The notes below the pieces were generated by a model. It did no database searches. It saw only the letters and a list, made by a program, of their open reading frames with translations, and was not told where the DNA came from. Shown in pieces: positions 41,128 to 51,490 of a DNA stretch of 64,000 nt (position 1 is the first letter of the stretch; the number at the start of each line of letters is the position of its first letter). Origin of the DNA: an uncultured Actinomycetota bacterium. Lineage in GTDB: Bacteria; Actinomycetota; Actinomycetes; Propionibacteriales; Propionibacteriaceae. A program made the position numbers and the translations under genes. Location: positions 13,928 through 77,927 of the forward strand of contig CAWAAT010000001.1 of the NCBI GenBank assembly GCA_963780175.1, read 5' to 3'.

Positions 41128-41958
41128 ATGCGTATCGCCCGTTTCGCCTCGGCAGGAGCCGATCCTCGCTTCGGAATCGTCGAATTGGAGGCCGATGGCG
41201 GCCAGTTCCCCGACACCGTGGCGGTCATTGACGCCGACCCGCTGGCCGGCCCGGTCAAGTACACCGGCGAACGACTGGCACTTGAGGACGTCAGATTGCT
41301 GGCTCCGGTCATTCCGCGCAGCAAGGTCGTGGCCGTCGGCAAGAACTACGCCGCCCACGTGGCCGAGTTCGACGGTGTAGTGCCCCCCGAACCGCTCATC
41401 TTCCTCAAGCCCAACACCTCGGTGATCGGCCCCGGGGAGCCGATCGTGCGTCCGTCGCTGTCGTCCAACGTGCACTTCGAGGGCGAGTTGGCGGTCGTTA
41501 TCGGACGCATCTGTCGCAAGGTGCCTGTCGAACGTGCTGCCGAGGTGATCTTCGGGTACACCGTCGCCAACGACGTCACGGCGCGTGACCTGCAGCGCAG
41601 CGACGGCCAGTGGTCGCGCGCCAAGGGCTTCGACACCTTCTGCCCGCTCGGGCCCTGGATCGTCACCCACCTCGGGTTGGACGAGGCCGGCGACCTCTCA
41701 CTGGTGACCAGCGTGGACGGGGTGGTCAAGCAGGACGCCAACACCAGCCAGATGCTCTACCCGATCGCCGAACTCATCGCCTACATCACCGCGTTCACCA
41801 CGCTGTTGCCCGGGGACGTGATCCTGACGGGCACCCCGGCCGGTGTCGGGCCGTTGGTCGCCGGCCAGCAGGTCAGCGTCGAGATCGACGGCATCGGCGC
41901 GCTCACCAACCCGGTGATCGACGACGAAGTGGACGACGTGCCGTCCGAGGGCCGGTGA
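41128..41958 (+). CDS. fumarylacetoacetate hydrolase family protein
   Basis: 276 aa. G.NY..H..E and GE.EL.VVIG FAH-fold motifs. Confidence 0.8.
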   Translation: MRIARFASAGADPRFGIVELEADGGQFPDTVAVIDADPLAGPVKYTGERLALEDVRLLAPVIPRSKVVAVGKNYAAHVAEFDGVVPPEPLIFLKPNTSVIGPGEPIVRPSLSSNVHFEGELAVVIGRICRKVPVERAAEVIFGYTVANDVTARDLQRSDGQWSRAKGFDTFCPLGPWIVTHLGLDEAGDLSLVTSVDGVVKQDANTSQMLYPIAELIAYITAFTTLLPGDVILTGTPAGVGPLVAGQQVSVEIDGIGALTNPVIDDEVDDVPSEGR

Positions 41959-42911
41959 AGCTCGCGCTGTGGGGCGATGACAGCATCGAACTGGAGGACC
42001 CGGCCCCCAGGGTGCCCTACTCCGGTGTGCTGCGCATCGAACCCGTGTCGACCAGTTTTCTGCAGGCCATCGGGGGTGTGCTGGCAGCACTGGCAGGATA
42101 TGCGCTGTTCCTGCCCATCATCGCCTGGCTGCTGCTCGGAGCCACCTGGCTGGTCCGCGGGATGCCTCAGACGTTCGCCGAATACCGCACGGCCTCCCTG
42201 CACTTCGAGAACATCGAGGGGCTGGTGGCCAGTCACCTTGCCATCGCCTCGCTGATCGTGCTCACCATGGTGGTGGTGCGCCGCGTCCACCATGTCCATC
42301 CCCGATGGCTCTGCTCTGTTCAGCCGGGGTTCCGCTGGCGTTACGCGTTCGCCTCCGGATTGGTCGCAGTCGTGGGACTCAACGGTGTCTACTGGATCTC
42401 CAGGTTCGGCAACCTGCCCGTCTGGGACCCCGACGAGAACCTCGGCTGGTGGCTCCTGGCTATCGCCCTGACCGCACCCCTGCAGGCAGCGGGGGAGGAG
42501 TTCCTCTTCCGCGGCTACCTCCTGCAGGCCGCCGGGGCGGTGGGACGCAGTCCCTGGCTGGCTGTGGCGGTCTCGGCGGTGGTCTTCACCGGTCTGCACG
42601 GGACGCAGAACGTGCCGCTCATGGTCGACCGGCTGGGTTTCGGCCTACTGGCCGGTGCGCTGGTGATTTTCACCGGTGGGCTCGAGGCGGCGATCGCCGC
42701 CCACGTGGTCAACAACGTGTTCGCGTTCAGCTATGCGGCGGCCTTCGGCGGGGTCGGGAACGTCAGGGGTCTGCAGGAGTCCACCTGGGCCACCACCAGC
42801 TGGAATCTGCTGGCCTACGGGCTGGTGGCGGTGGGCGCCTGGCTGGTGGGCCGACGGATGAAGGTGGCAACCCGCACCCCCAGTTTGGCATCTGATGGCC
42901 TCATCCGGTAA
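41955..42911 (+). CDS. CPBP-family intramembrane metalloprotease (CAAX protease-like)
   Basis: GTG start overlapping the FAH stop. Polytopic membrane protein with EEFLFRGYL, FTGLHG and HVVNN motifs. Confidence 0.75.
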   Translation: MKLALWGDDSIELEDPAPRVPYSGVLRIEPVSTSFLQAIGGVLAALAGYALFLPIIAWLLLGATWLVRGMPQTFAEYRTASLHFENIEGLVASHLAIASLIVLTMVVVRRVHHVHPRWLCSVQPGFRWRYAFASGLVAVVGLNGVYWISRFGNLPVWDPDENLGWWLLAIALTAPLQAAGEEFLFRGYLLQAAGAVGRSPWLAVAVSAVVFTGLHGTQNVPLMVDRLGFGLLAGALVIFTGGLEAAIAAHVVNNVFAFSYAAAFGGVGNVRGLQESTWATTSWNLLAYGLVAVGAWLVGRRMKVATRTPSLASDGLIR

Positions 42912-42944
42912 CTTTGTCAGTCGTTGCGCCTCACGGTGCAACGC

Positions 42945-43016
42945 TGGGGTATGGGGTAATTGGCAGCCCTCCGGATTCTGGTTCCGTCAGTCTAGGTTCG
43001 AGTCCTAGTACCCCAA
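42945..43016 (+). tRNA. tRNA-Gln (anticodon CTG)
   Basis: 72 nt. Perfect 7-bp acceptor stem TGGGGTA/TACCCCA. D-loop AATTGGCA. Anticodon loop TTCTGGT. T-arm CTAGG-TTCGAGT-CCTAG. Nearly identical to the actinobacterial tRNA-Gln sequence as recalled. Confidence 0.85.
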
Positions 43017-43142
43017 CGCAGCAGGTCGGAGAGCCAGTTTGGTGACAGACGGCTTTCCGCTAGGCTGCTGGAGCCCGGGAGTTGCCGGCCCGGCTCGACA
43101 AGTGAACAGTTCGCGTCCGACATCCTGCGGGATGTCAGGCAC

Positions 43143-43215
43143 GGCCCCGTAGTGTAGTGGCCTAGCACGCGGCCCTCTCAAGGCTGTAACGGCGGTTCGA
43201 ATCCGCTCGGGGCTA
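43143..43215 (+). tRNA. tRNA-Glu (anticodon CTC)
   Basis: 73 nt. Acceptor GGCCCCG/CGGGGCT. Anticodon loop CTCTCAA. T-loop TTCGAAT. Cloverleaf folded by hand. Confidence 0.85.
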
Positions 43216-43221
43216 CATCTG

Positions 43222-43262
43222 GAAGCGCCTCACCCGTCATCGGGTGGGGCGCTTCGTTGTCT
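43222..43262 (+). terminator. hairpin terminator after the tRNA pair
   Basis: GAAGCGCCTCACCCG-tcat-CGGGTGGGGCGCTTC followed by GTTGTCTTGG. Confidence 0.6.
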
Positions 43263-43407
43263 TGGCTGGTCGTGTCTGCGCTGGTCGGGCCATGGTGGAC
43301 TGCCCAGGTGTGCAGCACAAACGAGTCCCAGGGGGGTGTTCTTTCTCGTCCTGCTGAGTTATCGTGAAATCGCGGTCAGCGCTCGACAGCACTCGTGGGA
43401 AGAGGCC

Positions 43408-44652
43408 ATGAACAGTACGGGACGGATGTTGTCGGCTTTGCTGTGCGCAGCGGCCCTCATCAGCCTGCCGACTCTCCAATCGGGCAGCGCCGGACAAGAC
43501 GTCGCGATCCTCGCCCTGGCCCCCGTCCGTGAGCCATCCCCCAGCCCCGAGTACTCCGAGGCTGCCCGAGCCGCAGCGGGCCGTCAAGGGGGGCCTCGGT
43601 CAAACCCGACTGTCGCGGAGGCTGCGGCCGCAGCTGTTGAGTCAAGTGCGGCGCCGTCGGCGGCCAGCGGTTCGGTGGCTGACAACGGGACGTGGTTGTG
43701 GCCGACGAGTTCGCAGTTGATCACCTCAGGCTTCGGGTATCGGGCCGACCCCATCACCGGTGGGGGAGCGTTCCACTCCGGCACAGATTTTGGTGCGGCC
43801 TGCGGGGCGCTGGTCGGAGCCACCAGGCCAGGCACCGTGACGTTCGCGGGCGCCGCTGGTGGATACGGCTACCGGGTTGTGATTGACCACGGTGCCGGGA
43901 TCTCCAGCTCTTACAGTCACCTGCAGGAGATCTCCGTGCCGGTGGGAGCGAGCGTGGGAATGGCGGGGCTGGTCGGCATGGTGGGGACGACGGGACGATC
44001 CACCGGGTGCCACCTGCACTTCGAGATCATGGTCAACGGCGGGTTCGCCGACCCGATGCCTTACCTGATGGGCAACCCTGTCGCCAACCCCACGGTGTTC
44101 GGCAACGCCACCGTCGCCGCGGCGCCCCTGCCGACCTCGGTGGCGCCCAGCTCCTCCGCCAGTCCCACGCCGACTGTGCCGGAAGACCCCTGTGGCATCT
44201 CGAATGATCCGCAGGAGGCCCTGGAGTCCGGTGGCCTGATACCGGTCGAGCCGAGCGTGGGATCCAGCGAGTCGCCCTGTCCGACGCCGCTGCCGACCAG
44301 CGAGTCCCCCAGTCCGTCGACCACTCCGTCGAGCAGTCAGACCCCCGTCGCGACCAACGAATCGCTTGCGTCCAGCAGCAGCGCCACGCCGTCGACCGAC
44401 CCAAGCCTTGGGCAGACCACGCAGGCCACACCCACCGATGGACAGACCGCAGAGTCAGTGGCGGCTTCCAGCTACGAGCCGGAGCCAACCCAGACTCCCC
44501 AAGAACCGTTGCCATTACAGACTCCACAGGAGTCGTTGCAGCCGGAGCCCACCGTGACTCCTGACATCGTGTACGAACCAGAGCCGTCCCAGGTGACGCA
44601 ACCGTCCACGACTGTTCCGACGCTGCCGAATGATGAAGGCTACCTGCCGTAG
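43408..44652 (+). CDS. secreted M23-family metallopeptidase with Ser/Pro/Thr-rich C-terminal tail
   Basis: Signal peptide MNSTGRMLSALLCAAALISLP. HSGTDF...GCHLHFE M23 motifs. A long low-complexity STP tail. Confidence 0.8.
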   Translation: MNSTGRMLSALLCAAALISLPTLQSGSAGQDVAILALAPVREPSPSPEYSEAARAAAGRQGGPRSNPTVAEAAAAAVESSAAPSAASGSVADNGTWLWPTSSQLITSGFGYRADPITGGGAFHSGTDFGAACGALVGATRPGTVTFAGAAGGYGYRVVIDHGAGISSSYSHLQEISVPVGASVGMAGLVGMVGTTGRSTGCHLHFEIMVNGGFADPMPYLMGNPVANPTVFGNATVAAAPLPTSVAPSSSASPTPTVPEDPCGISNDPQEALESGGLIPVEPSVGSSESPCPTPLPTSESPSPSTTPSSSQTPVATNESLASSSSATPSTDPSLGQTTQATPTDGQTAESVAASSYEPEPTQTPQEPLPLQTPQESLQPEPTVTPDIVYEPEPSQVTQPSTTVPTLPNDEGYLP

Positions 44653-44706
44653 CGGTCGTCGCCTAGGCTGGCTGCGGACGACCAGTCCGCTATCCAGGAG
44701 ATCAAG

Positions 44707-45603
44707 ATGACGACAATTGGCTTCATCGGTTTGGGAACCATGGGACGACCCATGGCCGGCCACATGTTCGCGCGACTGCCCGAGGGCGACACGATGGTCC
44801 TCAACGACATCAGTTCTGAGCGTGTCACCGACCTGCTGGATGGTGGCGCGGTCTGGGCCAGTACCGCCCGCGAACTCGCCGGCCTGGTGGATGTCGTCTT
44901 CTTCATGGTGCCCGACATCCCGCAGGTGCAGGCGGTCCTCGATGGTCCGGACGGTTTGCTGGCAGGCATCAAGGGCGACATCGTGTTGGTGGTCTGCTCC
45001 ACGGTCGCACCTGACGCGATTCGCCGACTGGACGCCGAGGTGAGCGCAGCCACCAATGGGAAGGCCAGGGTCATCGACGCCCCGGTCTCGGGTGGTGAGG
45101 TGGGGGCGAAGGCCGGCACCCTGTCGATCATGGTCGGCGGGCCTGACGAACTGGTGTCACAGGCGATGCCCTACCTGGCGCTGACCGGAAACCCTGTGCA
45201 TCTGGGACCGACCGGAGCAGGAGAGGTGGCCAAGGCCTGCAATCAGCTGATCTGCGCGGCCAACATCGTCGCCAACGCCGAAGCTGCAGTCGTGGCCGAG
45301 CGGGCTGGGCTGGATGTCGCCAAGCTGTTCGAGTTGATGCAGGGCGGTTACGCGGGCAGCAAGATCATGGCCGACAAGGGGCCGCGGTTCGCAGCCAAGG
45401 ACTACTCGGTCTCAGGGGCTGCGATCTTCTGGATCAAGGACCTGTTGGCCTACCTCGACGAGGCCGGCCGGACCGGCACCGCCACCGTGCAGGGCGACCG
45501 ACTGCTGGACGCGTTCCAGGGCGTCGTGGACGCCGGCTGGGGCTGGCAGGACACCGCGATCGTGCAGAAGTTCATTGAGGAGCAAGAGCCGAAGGCCAAC
45601 TGA
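44707..45603 (+). CDS. NAD(P)-dependent 3-hydroxyisobutyrate-dehydrogenase-family oxidoreductase
   Basis: 298 aa. N-terminal GFIGLGTMGRPMA Rossmann motif. Confidence 0.8.
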   Translation: MTTIGFIGLGTMGRPMAGHMFARLPEGDTMVLNDISSERVTDLLDGGAVWASTARELAGLVDVVFFMVPDIPQVQAVLDGPDGLLAGIKGDIVLVVCSTVAPDAIRRLDAEVSAATNGKARVIDAPVSGGEVGAKAGTLSIMVGGPDELVSQAMPYLALTGNPVHLGPTGAGEVAKACNQLICAANIVANAEAAVVAERAGLDVAKLFELMQGGYAGSKIMADKGPRFAAKDYSVSGAAIFWIKDLLAYLDEAGRTGTATVQGDRLLDAFQGVVDAGWGWQDTAIVQKFIEEQEPKAN

Positions 45604-45629
45604 GCAGGAAGGTCGGTCTGACGGCAATC

Positions 45630-46355
45630 TCAGTCGTCGGTGCCCGAGCGGCGCAGCACCTCGCTGAGCCGCTCGGCGGCGGCCATCACTGCCGGGGCGT
45701 GCAGTCGTCCGGGCTGGCGAGTCAGGCGTTCGATGGGCCCCGAGACCGAGACCGCAGCTATCACCTTGCCGCCGGGTGAGCGTACGGGTGCGCTCACCGA
45801 TGCGACCCCCGACTCGCGCTCGGCAACCGATTGTGCCCAGCCTCGACGGCGCACCGAGGTGAGGGCCACGGCTGAGAAGTTGGCTTCGGTCAAGCCGCGC
45901 TGCAGGCGATCAGGCTCCTCCCAGGCGAGCAGCACCTGGGCGGCGGAGCCGGCGCTCATGGACAGTTGGCTGCCGACCGGGATGGAATCCCGTAGTCCGC
46001 TGGGACGGTCTGCGGCGGCCACGCAGACCCGGACGTCCCCCTGTCGTCGGAAGAGTTGCGCCGACTCGCCGGTGATGTCGCGCAGCCGGGTCAGAATCGG
46101 TCCGGCGGTGACCAGCAGGCGGTCCTCGCCTGCTGCTGCAGCCAGCTCGGCGAGTCGCGGCCCGAGCACGAATCGTCCCTGCAGGTCGCGACCCACCAAT
46201 CTGTGGTGTTCCAGGGCGACGGCCAGTCGGTGGGCCGTCGGTCGGGCCAGACCGGTCGACTGAACGAGGCCGGCCAAAGTCGTCGGGCCCGACTCGAGTG
46301 CGGCCAGAACAAGGGCCGCCTTGTCGAGGACACCCACACCAGAAGTTTCGTCCAT
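45630..46355 (-). CDS. IclR-family transcriptional regulator, divergent from leuCD (LtbR-like)
   Basis: 241 aa. N-terminal helix-turn-helix ([11 protein letters not shown]...). Position divergent from leuC is conserved in actinobacteria. Confidence 0.8.
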   Translation of the reverse strand: MDETSGVGVLDKAALVLAALESGPTTLAGLVQSTGLARPTAHRLAVALEHHRLVGRDLQGRFVLGPRLAELAAAAGEDRLLVTAGPILTRLRDITGESAQLFRRQGDVRVCVAAADRPSGLRDSIPVGSQLSMSAGSAAQVLLAWEEPDRLQRGLTEANFSAVALTSVRRRGWAQSVAERESGVASVSAPVRSPGGKVIAAVSVSGPIERLTRQPGRLHAPAVMAAAERLSEVLRRSGTDD

Positions 46356-46397
46356 AAGGTGAGATTATCATCTCGCCATTTGAGCGGCAATGCCATC

Positions 46398-47804
46398 ATG
46401 TTGCCCATGGGAAGAACTCTGAGCGAGAAGGTTTGGGACGATCACGTCGTGCGCTCCAGCACCGGTGAACCTGACCTGCTCTACATCGATCTGCAGTTGG
46501 TCCACGAGGTCACCAGCCCACAGGCTTTCGAGGGCCTGCGGATGGCCGGCCGGCAGGTGAGGCGTCCCGATCTCACCATCGCCACCGAGGACCACAACAC
46601 CCCGACGACCGACATCGACAAGCCGATCGTCGACCTCACCAGCCGCACCCAGATCGAGACCTTGCGTCGCAACGTCGCCGACTTCGGGGTGCCGATTCAC
46701 TCCCTCGGTGACCGCGACCAAGGTGTCGTCCACATCATCGGGCCCCAGTTGGGGCTCACCCAACCCGGGATGACGATCGTGTGTGGCGACTCGCACACCT
46801 CCACCCATGGCGCGTTCGGCGCGCTCGCCTTCGGCATCGGCACCTCCGAGGTCGAGCACGTCCTGGCGACGCAGACCCTGCAACAGGCCCGTCCCAGGAC
46901 GATGGCCGTGACCATCGAGGGCGATCTGCCCGTCGACGTCACGCCCAAGGATGTCGTGCTCGCGCTCATCGCCAAGGTGGGCACCGGCGGCGGCCAGGGC
47001 TACATCGCCGAGTACCGTGGCTCAACCATCGAGAGGATGTCGATGGAGGGTCGCATGACCATCTGCAACATGTCCATCGAGTGGGGCGCCAAGGCGGGCA
47101 TGATCGCCCCCGACCAGACCACTCTGGACTACCTTGCCGGTCGTCCGCACGCGCCCCAGGGCGCAGACTGGGACGCGGCACTGGCCTACTGGAAGACCCT
47201 GCACACCGATGAGGACGCGGTCTTCGACACCGAGGTGTTCATCGATGCAACGCAGCTGACCCCCTTCGTCACCTGGGGTACCAACCCGGGTCAGGGTGTC
47301 GGTCTTGGAGATGTCGTGCCTGACCCCGCGGATATCTCCGACGAGGTCGCTCGTTCCGCGGCCGAACGCGCGCTGGTGTACATGGACCTGAAGGCGGGCA
47401 CCCCGCTGCGCGAGATCACGATCGACACGGTCTTCCTGGGCAGTTGCACCAACGGTCGCATCGAGGACCTGAGGTTGGCCGCCGGGATTCTCAAGGGACG
47501 CAGGATTGCCGAGGGTGTCCGGATGCTCGTGGTGCCGGGATCGGCCCGCGTCCGCGAGCAGGCGATGGCCGAGGGTCTCGACCGGGTCTTCATCGACGCC
47601 GGGGCCCAGTGGCGTCAGGCCGGGTGCTCGATGTGTCTGGGCATGAACCCTGACCAACTCGCCCCGGGGGAGCGCAGCGCCTCCACCAGCAACCGGAACT
47701 TCGAGGGCCGCCAGGGCAAGGGTGGACGCACCCATCTGGTCAGCCCCGCCGTGGCTGCGGCAACCGCGGTGACCGGTCACCTGTCGGCACCCTCGGACCT
47801 GTGA
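46398..47804 (+). CDS. leuC: 3-isopropylmalate dehydratase large subunit
   Basis: Aconitase-family motifs. Begins [18 protein letters not shown]. Confidence 0.95.
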   Translation: MLPMGRTLSEKVWDDHVVRSSTGEPDLLYIDLQLVHEVTSPQAFEGLRMAGRQVRRPDLTIATEDHNTPTTDIDKPIVDLTSRTQIETLRRNVADFGVPIHSLGDRDQGVVHIIGPQLGLTQPGMTIVCGDSHTSTHGAFGALAFGIGTSEVEHVLATQTLQQARPRTMAVTIEGDLPVDVTPKDVVLALIAKVGTGGGQGYIAEYRGSTIERMSMEGRMTICNMSIEWGAKAGMIAPDQTTLDYLAGRPHAPQGADWDAALAYWKTLHTDEDAVFDTEVFIDATQLTPFVTWGTNPGQGVGLGDVVPDPADISDEVARSAAERALVYMDLKAGTPLREITIDTVFLGSCTNGRIEDLRLAAGILKGRRIAEGVRMLVVPGSARVREQAMAEGLDRVFIDAGAQWRQAGCSMCLGMNPDQLAPGERSASTSNRNFEGRQGKGGRTHLVSPAVAAATAVTGHLSAPSDL

Positions 47805-47817
47805 GAAGGAACTGACC

Positions 47818-48423
47818 ATGGACAAGTTCATCAACCACACCGGCATCGCTGTGCCCATGCGTCGCAGCAACGTGGACACCGACCAGATCATCCCGGCGGT
47901 CTACCTCAAGCGCATCACCCGCACGGGCTTCGAGGACGGCCTGTTCGCCGCTTGGCGAAAGGACCCGGACTTCGTGCTCAACCAGCCCGCTTACCAAGGC
48001 GGCTCCGTGCTGGTCGTTGGCCCGGACTTCGGCACCGGATCGTCTCGGGAGCACGCGGTCTGGGCGCTGCAGAACTACGGCTTCAAGGTCGTCATCGGCT
48101 CGCGCTTCGCAGACATCTTCCGTGGCAACTCCGGCAAGGCCGGGTTGCTCATCGCGCTGGTGAGTCAGGACGACGTCGAGGCCTTGTGGGACTACATCGA
48201 GGCCGAGCCGGGCCGTCAGTTGACCGTCGACCTGCCCAGCCGCACGATCACAGCCGGTGAGCGCAGCTTCGGATTCCAGATCGACGACTACACGGCCAGT
48301 CGGCTGCTCGAGGGGTTGGACGACATCGGCTCGACCCTGAGGCACGCAGACGAGATCGCTGCCTTCGAGGCGCGCCGCCCCAGCTTCAAGCCCACCACCC
48401 TGCCCATGAGGGTTGCTGACTGA
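47818..48423 (+). CDS. leuD: 3-isopropylmalate dehydratase small subunit
   Basis: 201 aa, directly after leuC. Confidence 0.95.
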   Translation: MDKFINHTGIAVPMRRSNVDTDQIIPAVYLKRITRTGFEDGLFAAWRKDPDFVLNQPAYQGGSVLVVGPDFGTGSSREHAVWALQNYGFKVVIGSRFADIFRGNSGKAGLLIALVSQDDVEALWDYIEAEPGRQLTVDLPSRTITAGERSFGFQIDDYTASRLLEGLDDIGSTLRHADEIAAFEARRPSFKPTTLPMRVAD

Positions 48424-48426
48424 GCG

Positions 48427-49227
48427 ATGCGGCCCGAGACCAGTCCCGGGACCATCGACAACCCGAAGCGCTACCGGGGTGAACTCGGACGTCACAACAC
48501 CGAGCCCACGTCGAGGACCCTCAGGTGGCTCGCGGTGGTGTTGCGCCACGTTCTGAGACTGGTCATCACGGCGGAGGTGCGGGGTGGCGAGAACATCCCC
48601 CGAAGTGGGCCGGTGATCTTCGTACCCAACCACATCAGTTCCCTCGATCCCCCTGTGGTGGGGGTGGCCCTGGCCTATCAGGGACGGTGGCCGCACTTCC
48701 TGGCCCGGGCGAACCTGTTCGACGTGCCGATCGTCGGTCGTCTGCTGCGCAACGCCGACCAGATCCCGGTGTACCGGGGCAGTACACAGGCCCGGGAGGC
48801 CCTCGTCGCGGCCGACGCCGCCCTGGCGCAGGGGCGGGCCCTGGTCATCTACCCCGAGGGAACCATCACCTTCGACCCCCAGGAGTGGCCGATGGCCGGC
48901 CACACCGGGGCGGCCCGGCTGGCACTGCGCACCGGGGCTCCCGTAGTACCCATCGGACAGTGGGGTGCCAGTCTCGTCCTGCCGCCGCGCAAGATCCGCC
49001 CGCTGCGGCCACGTCGCGCCACGGCCACCCTCATCTGCGGTCGACCGGTTGACCTGTCCGACCTGGGTCAGGCTTGGAGTGACAAGGCTGCGGTCAGTGA
49101 GGCGACGCTCCGCATCATGGACGCGATCACCGCCGTGACCGAGCAGGCCAGGGGCGAATCCGCGCCCGCTGACAGGTGGCACCCGGCTCTGGCGAGGCGA
49201 GTGCCGCGCGCCGAGGCCATCCGCTGA
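48427..49227 (+). CDS. plsC: 1-acyl-sn-glycerol-3-phosphate acyltransferase (lysophospholipid acyltransferase)
   Basis: VPNHISSLD (HxxxxD) and EGT acyltransferase motifs. Confidence 0.8.
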   Translation: MRPETSPGTIDNPKRYRGELGRHNTEPTSRTLRWLAVVLRHVLRLVITAEVRGGENIPRSGPVIFVPNHISSLDPPVVGVALAYQGRWPHFLARANLFDVPIVGRLLRNADQIPVYRGSTQAREALVAADAALAQGRALVIYPEGTITFDPQEWPMAGHTGAARLALRTGAPVVPIGQWGASLVLPPRKIRPLRPRRATATLICGRPVDLSDLGQAWSDKAAVSEATLRIMDAITAVTEQARGESAPADRWHPALARRVPRAEAIR

Positions 49228-49301
49228 GGCCCGGCGGATGACCGGCAAAGCCGGCGTCCGGAGGGGTTGTAGGGTGAACCCGAACGTCGGAGAGGAAGAC
49301 A

Positions 49302-50429
49302 ATGGCAGCACACCGCCCACGCGTCGCGCTCGTTTTCGGGGGCCAGAGCACGGAACACCAGATCTCCTGTCTGACCGCGGCGGGCGTAGCCAAGGCCATC
49401 GACACCGAACGGTTCGACGTGCACGGCATCGGCATCTCGCAGGCAGGCACCTGGCACCGGATGAGCCTGTCCGACATCGCTGCCATGCACACCGAGTCTC
49501 GCGTCCTACCCCACCTGGACGACAACCGGCCTCGGGCGTCCCTGCTTCGCGACAGCGACGGCATCGAACTGGTCACCCACGACGACGGACGGCTGGTCGA
49601 CGCCACCGGACTGGATGTCGCGTTGTCGGTGCTGCATGGACCGTACGGTGAGGACGGCACCATCCAGGGCTACTTCGAGATGCTCGGGCTGCCGTATGTC
49701 GGATCGGGAGTGGCGGCGAGCGCGATCGGCATGGACAAACACCTGATGAAGGTGGCGCTGTCGGCCGCCGGCATCCCGACCGGGCCCTACGAGGTGATCG
49801 CTCCGTGGATGTGGGAGCAGGACGCCGAGGCCTGCTGCGAGCGGGTCACCCGAAACCTGACCTACCCCGTTTTCGTCAAGCCGGCACGCGGCGGTTCGTC
49901 GGTCGGCATCGTGCGCGTCACCGATCCTGACACTCTGGTCGCTGCCGTCGAACTGGCCCGCACATTCGACCCCAAGGTGATCGTCGAGCAAGGATTCGTG
50001 GGTGCTCGGGAGATCGAGTGCGCCGTCCTTGGACCGACGCGTGATTCGTCGACGCCGCGGGTCTCCTTGCCCGGTGAGATCGTGGTGCACACCGAGACCG
50101 GCTTCTACGACTTCGAGGCGAAATACCTGCCATCGGCGGGGCAGGTCGACCTCCGCATTCCCGCAGACCTGGACGCCGATCTCACCGCGTCCGTGCAGGC
50201 GATGGCCAGTGCGAGTTTCCGGGCGCTGGAGGCCGAGGGCCTGTCGCGCGTCGACACCTTCGTGACCCCGCAGGGTGAGGTGTTCGTCAACGAGGTGAAC
50301 ACGATGCCGGGTTTCACCGAGCTCTCGATGTTCCCGAGCCTGTGGCAGGTCACCGGTCTGGACTACCGCGGCCTGATCACCGACCTCATCGAACAGGCGC
50401 TGAACCGTCCGAACAGCGTCGTTCGTTAG
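49302..50429 (+). CDS. ddl: D-alanine--D-alanine ligase
   Basis: 375 aa. ATP-grasp fold. A ddl-like gene precedes thiL in the same arrangement in other actinobacteria. Confidence 0.9.
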   Translation: MAAHRPRVALVFGGQSTEHQISCLTAAGVAKAIDTERFDVHGIGISQAGTWHRMSLSDIAAMHTESRVLPHLDDNRPRASLLRDSDGIELVTHDDGRLVDATGLDVALSVLHGPYGEDGTIQGYFEMLGLPYVGSGVAASAIGMDKHLMKVALSAAGIPTGPYEVIAPWMWEQDAEACCERVTRNLTYPVFVKPARGGSSVGIVRVTDPDTLVAAVELARTFDPKVIVEQGFVGAREIECAVLGPTRDSSTPRVSLPGEIVVHTETGFYDFEAKYLPSAGQVDLRIPADLDADLTASVQAMASASFRALEAEGLSRVDTFVTPQGEVFVNEVNTMPGFTELSMFPSLWQVTGLDYRGLITDLIEQALNRPNSVVR

Positions 50430-50439
50430 CGAGACGAGC

Positions 50440-51421
50440 ATGACACCCTCGGCCCCGGAGCCGCGCACTGTTGGTGAGGCGGGGGAGTTCGGCCTCATCG
50501 GTCATCTCACCCGCCGCCTGAGCCTGCCCACCTCGGTCTCGGTCGGGCCCGGTGACGACGCCGCGGTCTTCCTCGTCAACGGATCGGCCGTCACCAGTGT
50601 CGACATGCTCGTCGAGGGGGTGCACTTCAGGCGGGACTGGTCAAGTGCAGAGGACGTGGGCCGACAAGGCGGTGGCGGTCAACGTGTCGGATCTGGAGGC
50701 CATGGGGGCGACTCCGGTCGCCATGGTCATCGCCCTCGGGCTTCCATCGGATCTTCCCTTCAGCTGGGTCAAGGAGTTCATGACCGGCGTGCGCGAAGAG
50801 GCTGAACTGGCCGGGGTGGCGCTGGTGGGGGGCGACATGAGCACCGCCAGGGACGTGACGATCTCGGTGACGGTGATCGGTGAGACCGGCGGTCGGCCTC
50901 CGGTGCTTCGCTCCGGCGCGCGGGCCGGCCAGGTGGTGGCCGTGCGCGGCAGGCTCGGCTGGGCCGGCGCCGGACTGGCAGCACTGGGACGAGGCTTCCG
51001 GTCGCCGCGAGCCGCCGTGGATGCTCAGCGCGTTCCGCAGGTCCCCTACGGTGCTGGACGCCAGGCGGCTCGCGCCGGCGCCAGCGCCATGATCGACGTC
51101 TCGGACGGGTTGCTGGCCGATCTTGGTCATATCGTCGACGCCAGCGGTGTCAGCATCGACCTCGAGTCGGCGAGGTTCACTCTCGCCGAGCCTGTCAAGG
51201 CGGTGGCTGCTGCCATCAACGCCGACCCGCTGGGCTTCGTCCTCGCCGGGGGCGAGGACCATGCGCTGGCCGCCACGTTCGAGGCCGGGACCGTGCCCGG
51301 CGACTGGGACGTCGTGGGGCGGGTCGTCGATGCCGATCCGCAGGCAGGTCCGCAGGTGCTGGTCGACGGGCGGCCGTGGGAGGGGCAGAGCGGCTGGACG
51401 CACTTCCGGGGCAAGCGCTGA
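50440..51421 (+). CDS. thiL: thiamine-monophosphate kinase, with an apparent +1 frameshift near 50665
   Basis: The N-terminus GEFGLI...DMLVEGVHFRRDWSSAEDVG is in frame 1. The rest (KAVAVNVSDLEAMGA...) is in ORF 50552-51421. The join is at GGCCGACAAGGCG. Confidence 0.8.
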
Positions 51422-51490
51422 GCACGGTGATCACCGTCGCCCCGGCGTGGTCGATCCGGTCGGGTCCATCCGCTGAGGTAATCTGCCCCC

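Noticed and set aside
42946-43020. Initially read as a truncated or D-armless tRNA-like relic, a possible island attachment remnant
   Set aside because: Re-alignment showed it is a complete 72-nt tRNA-Gln(CTG) starting one base earlier. No integrase or duplicated tRNA 3' end is nearby.
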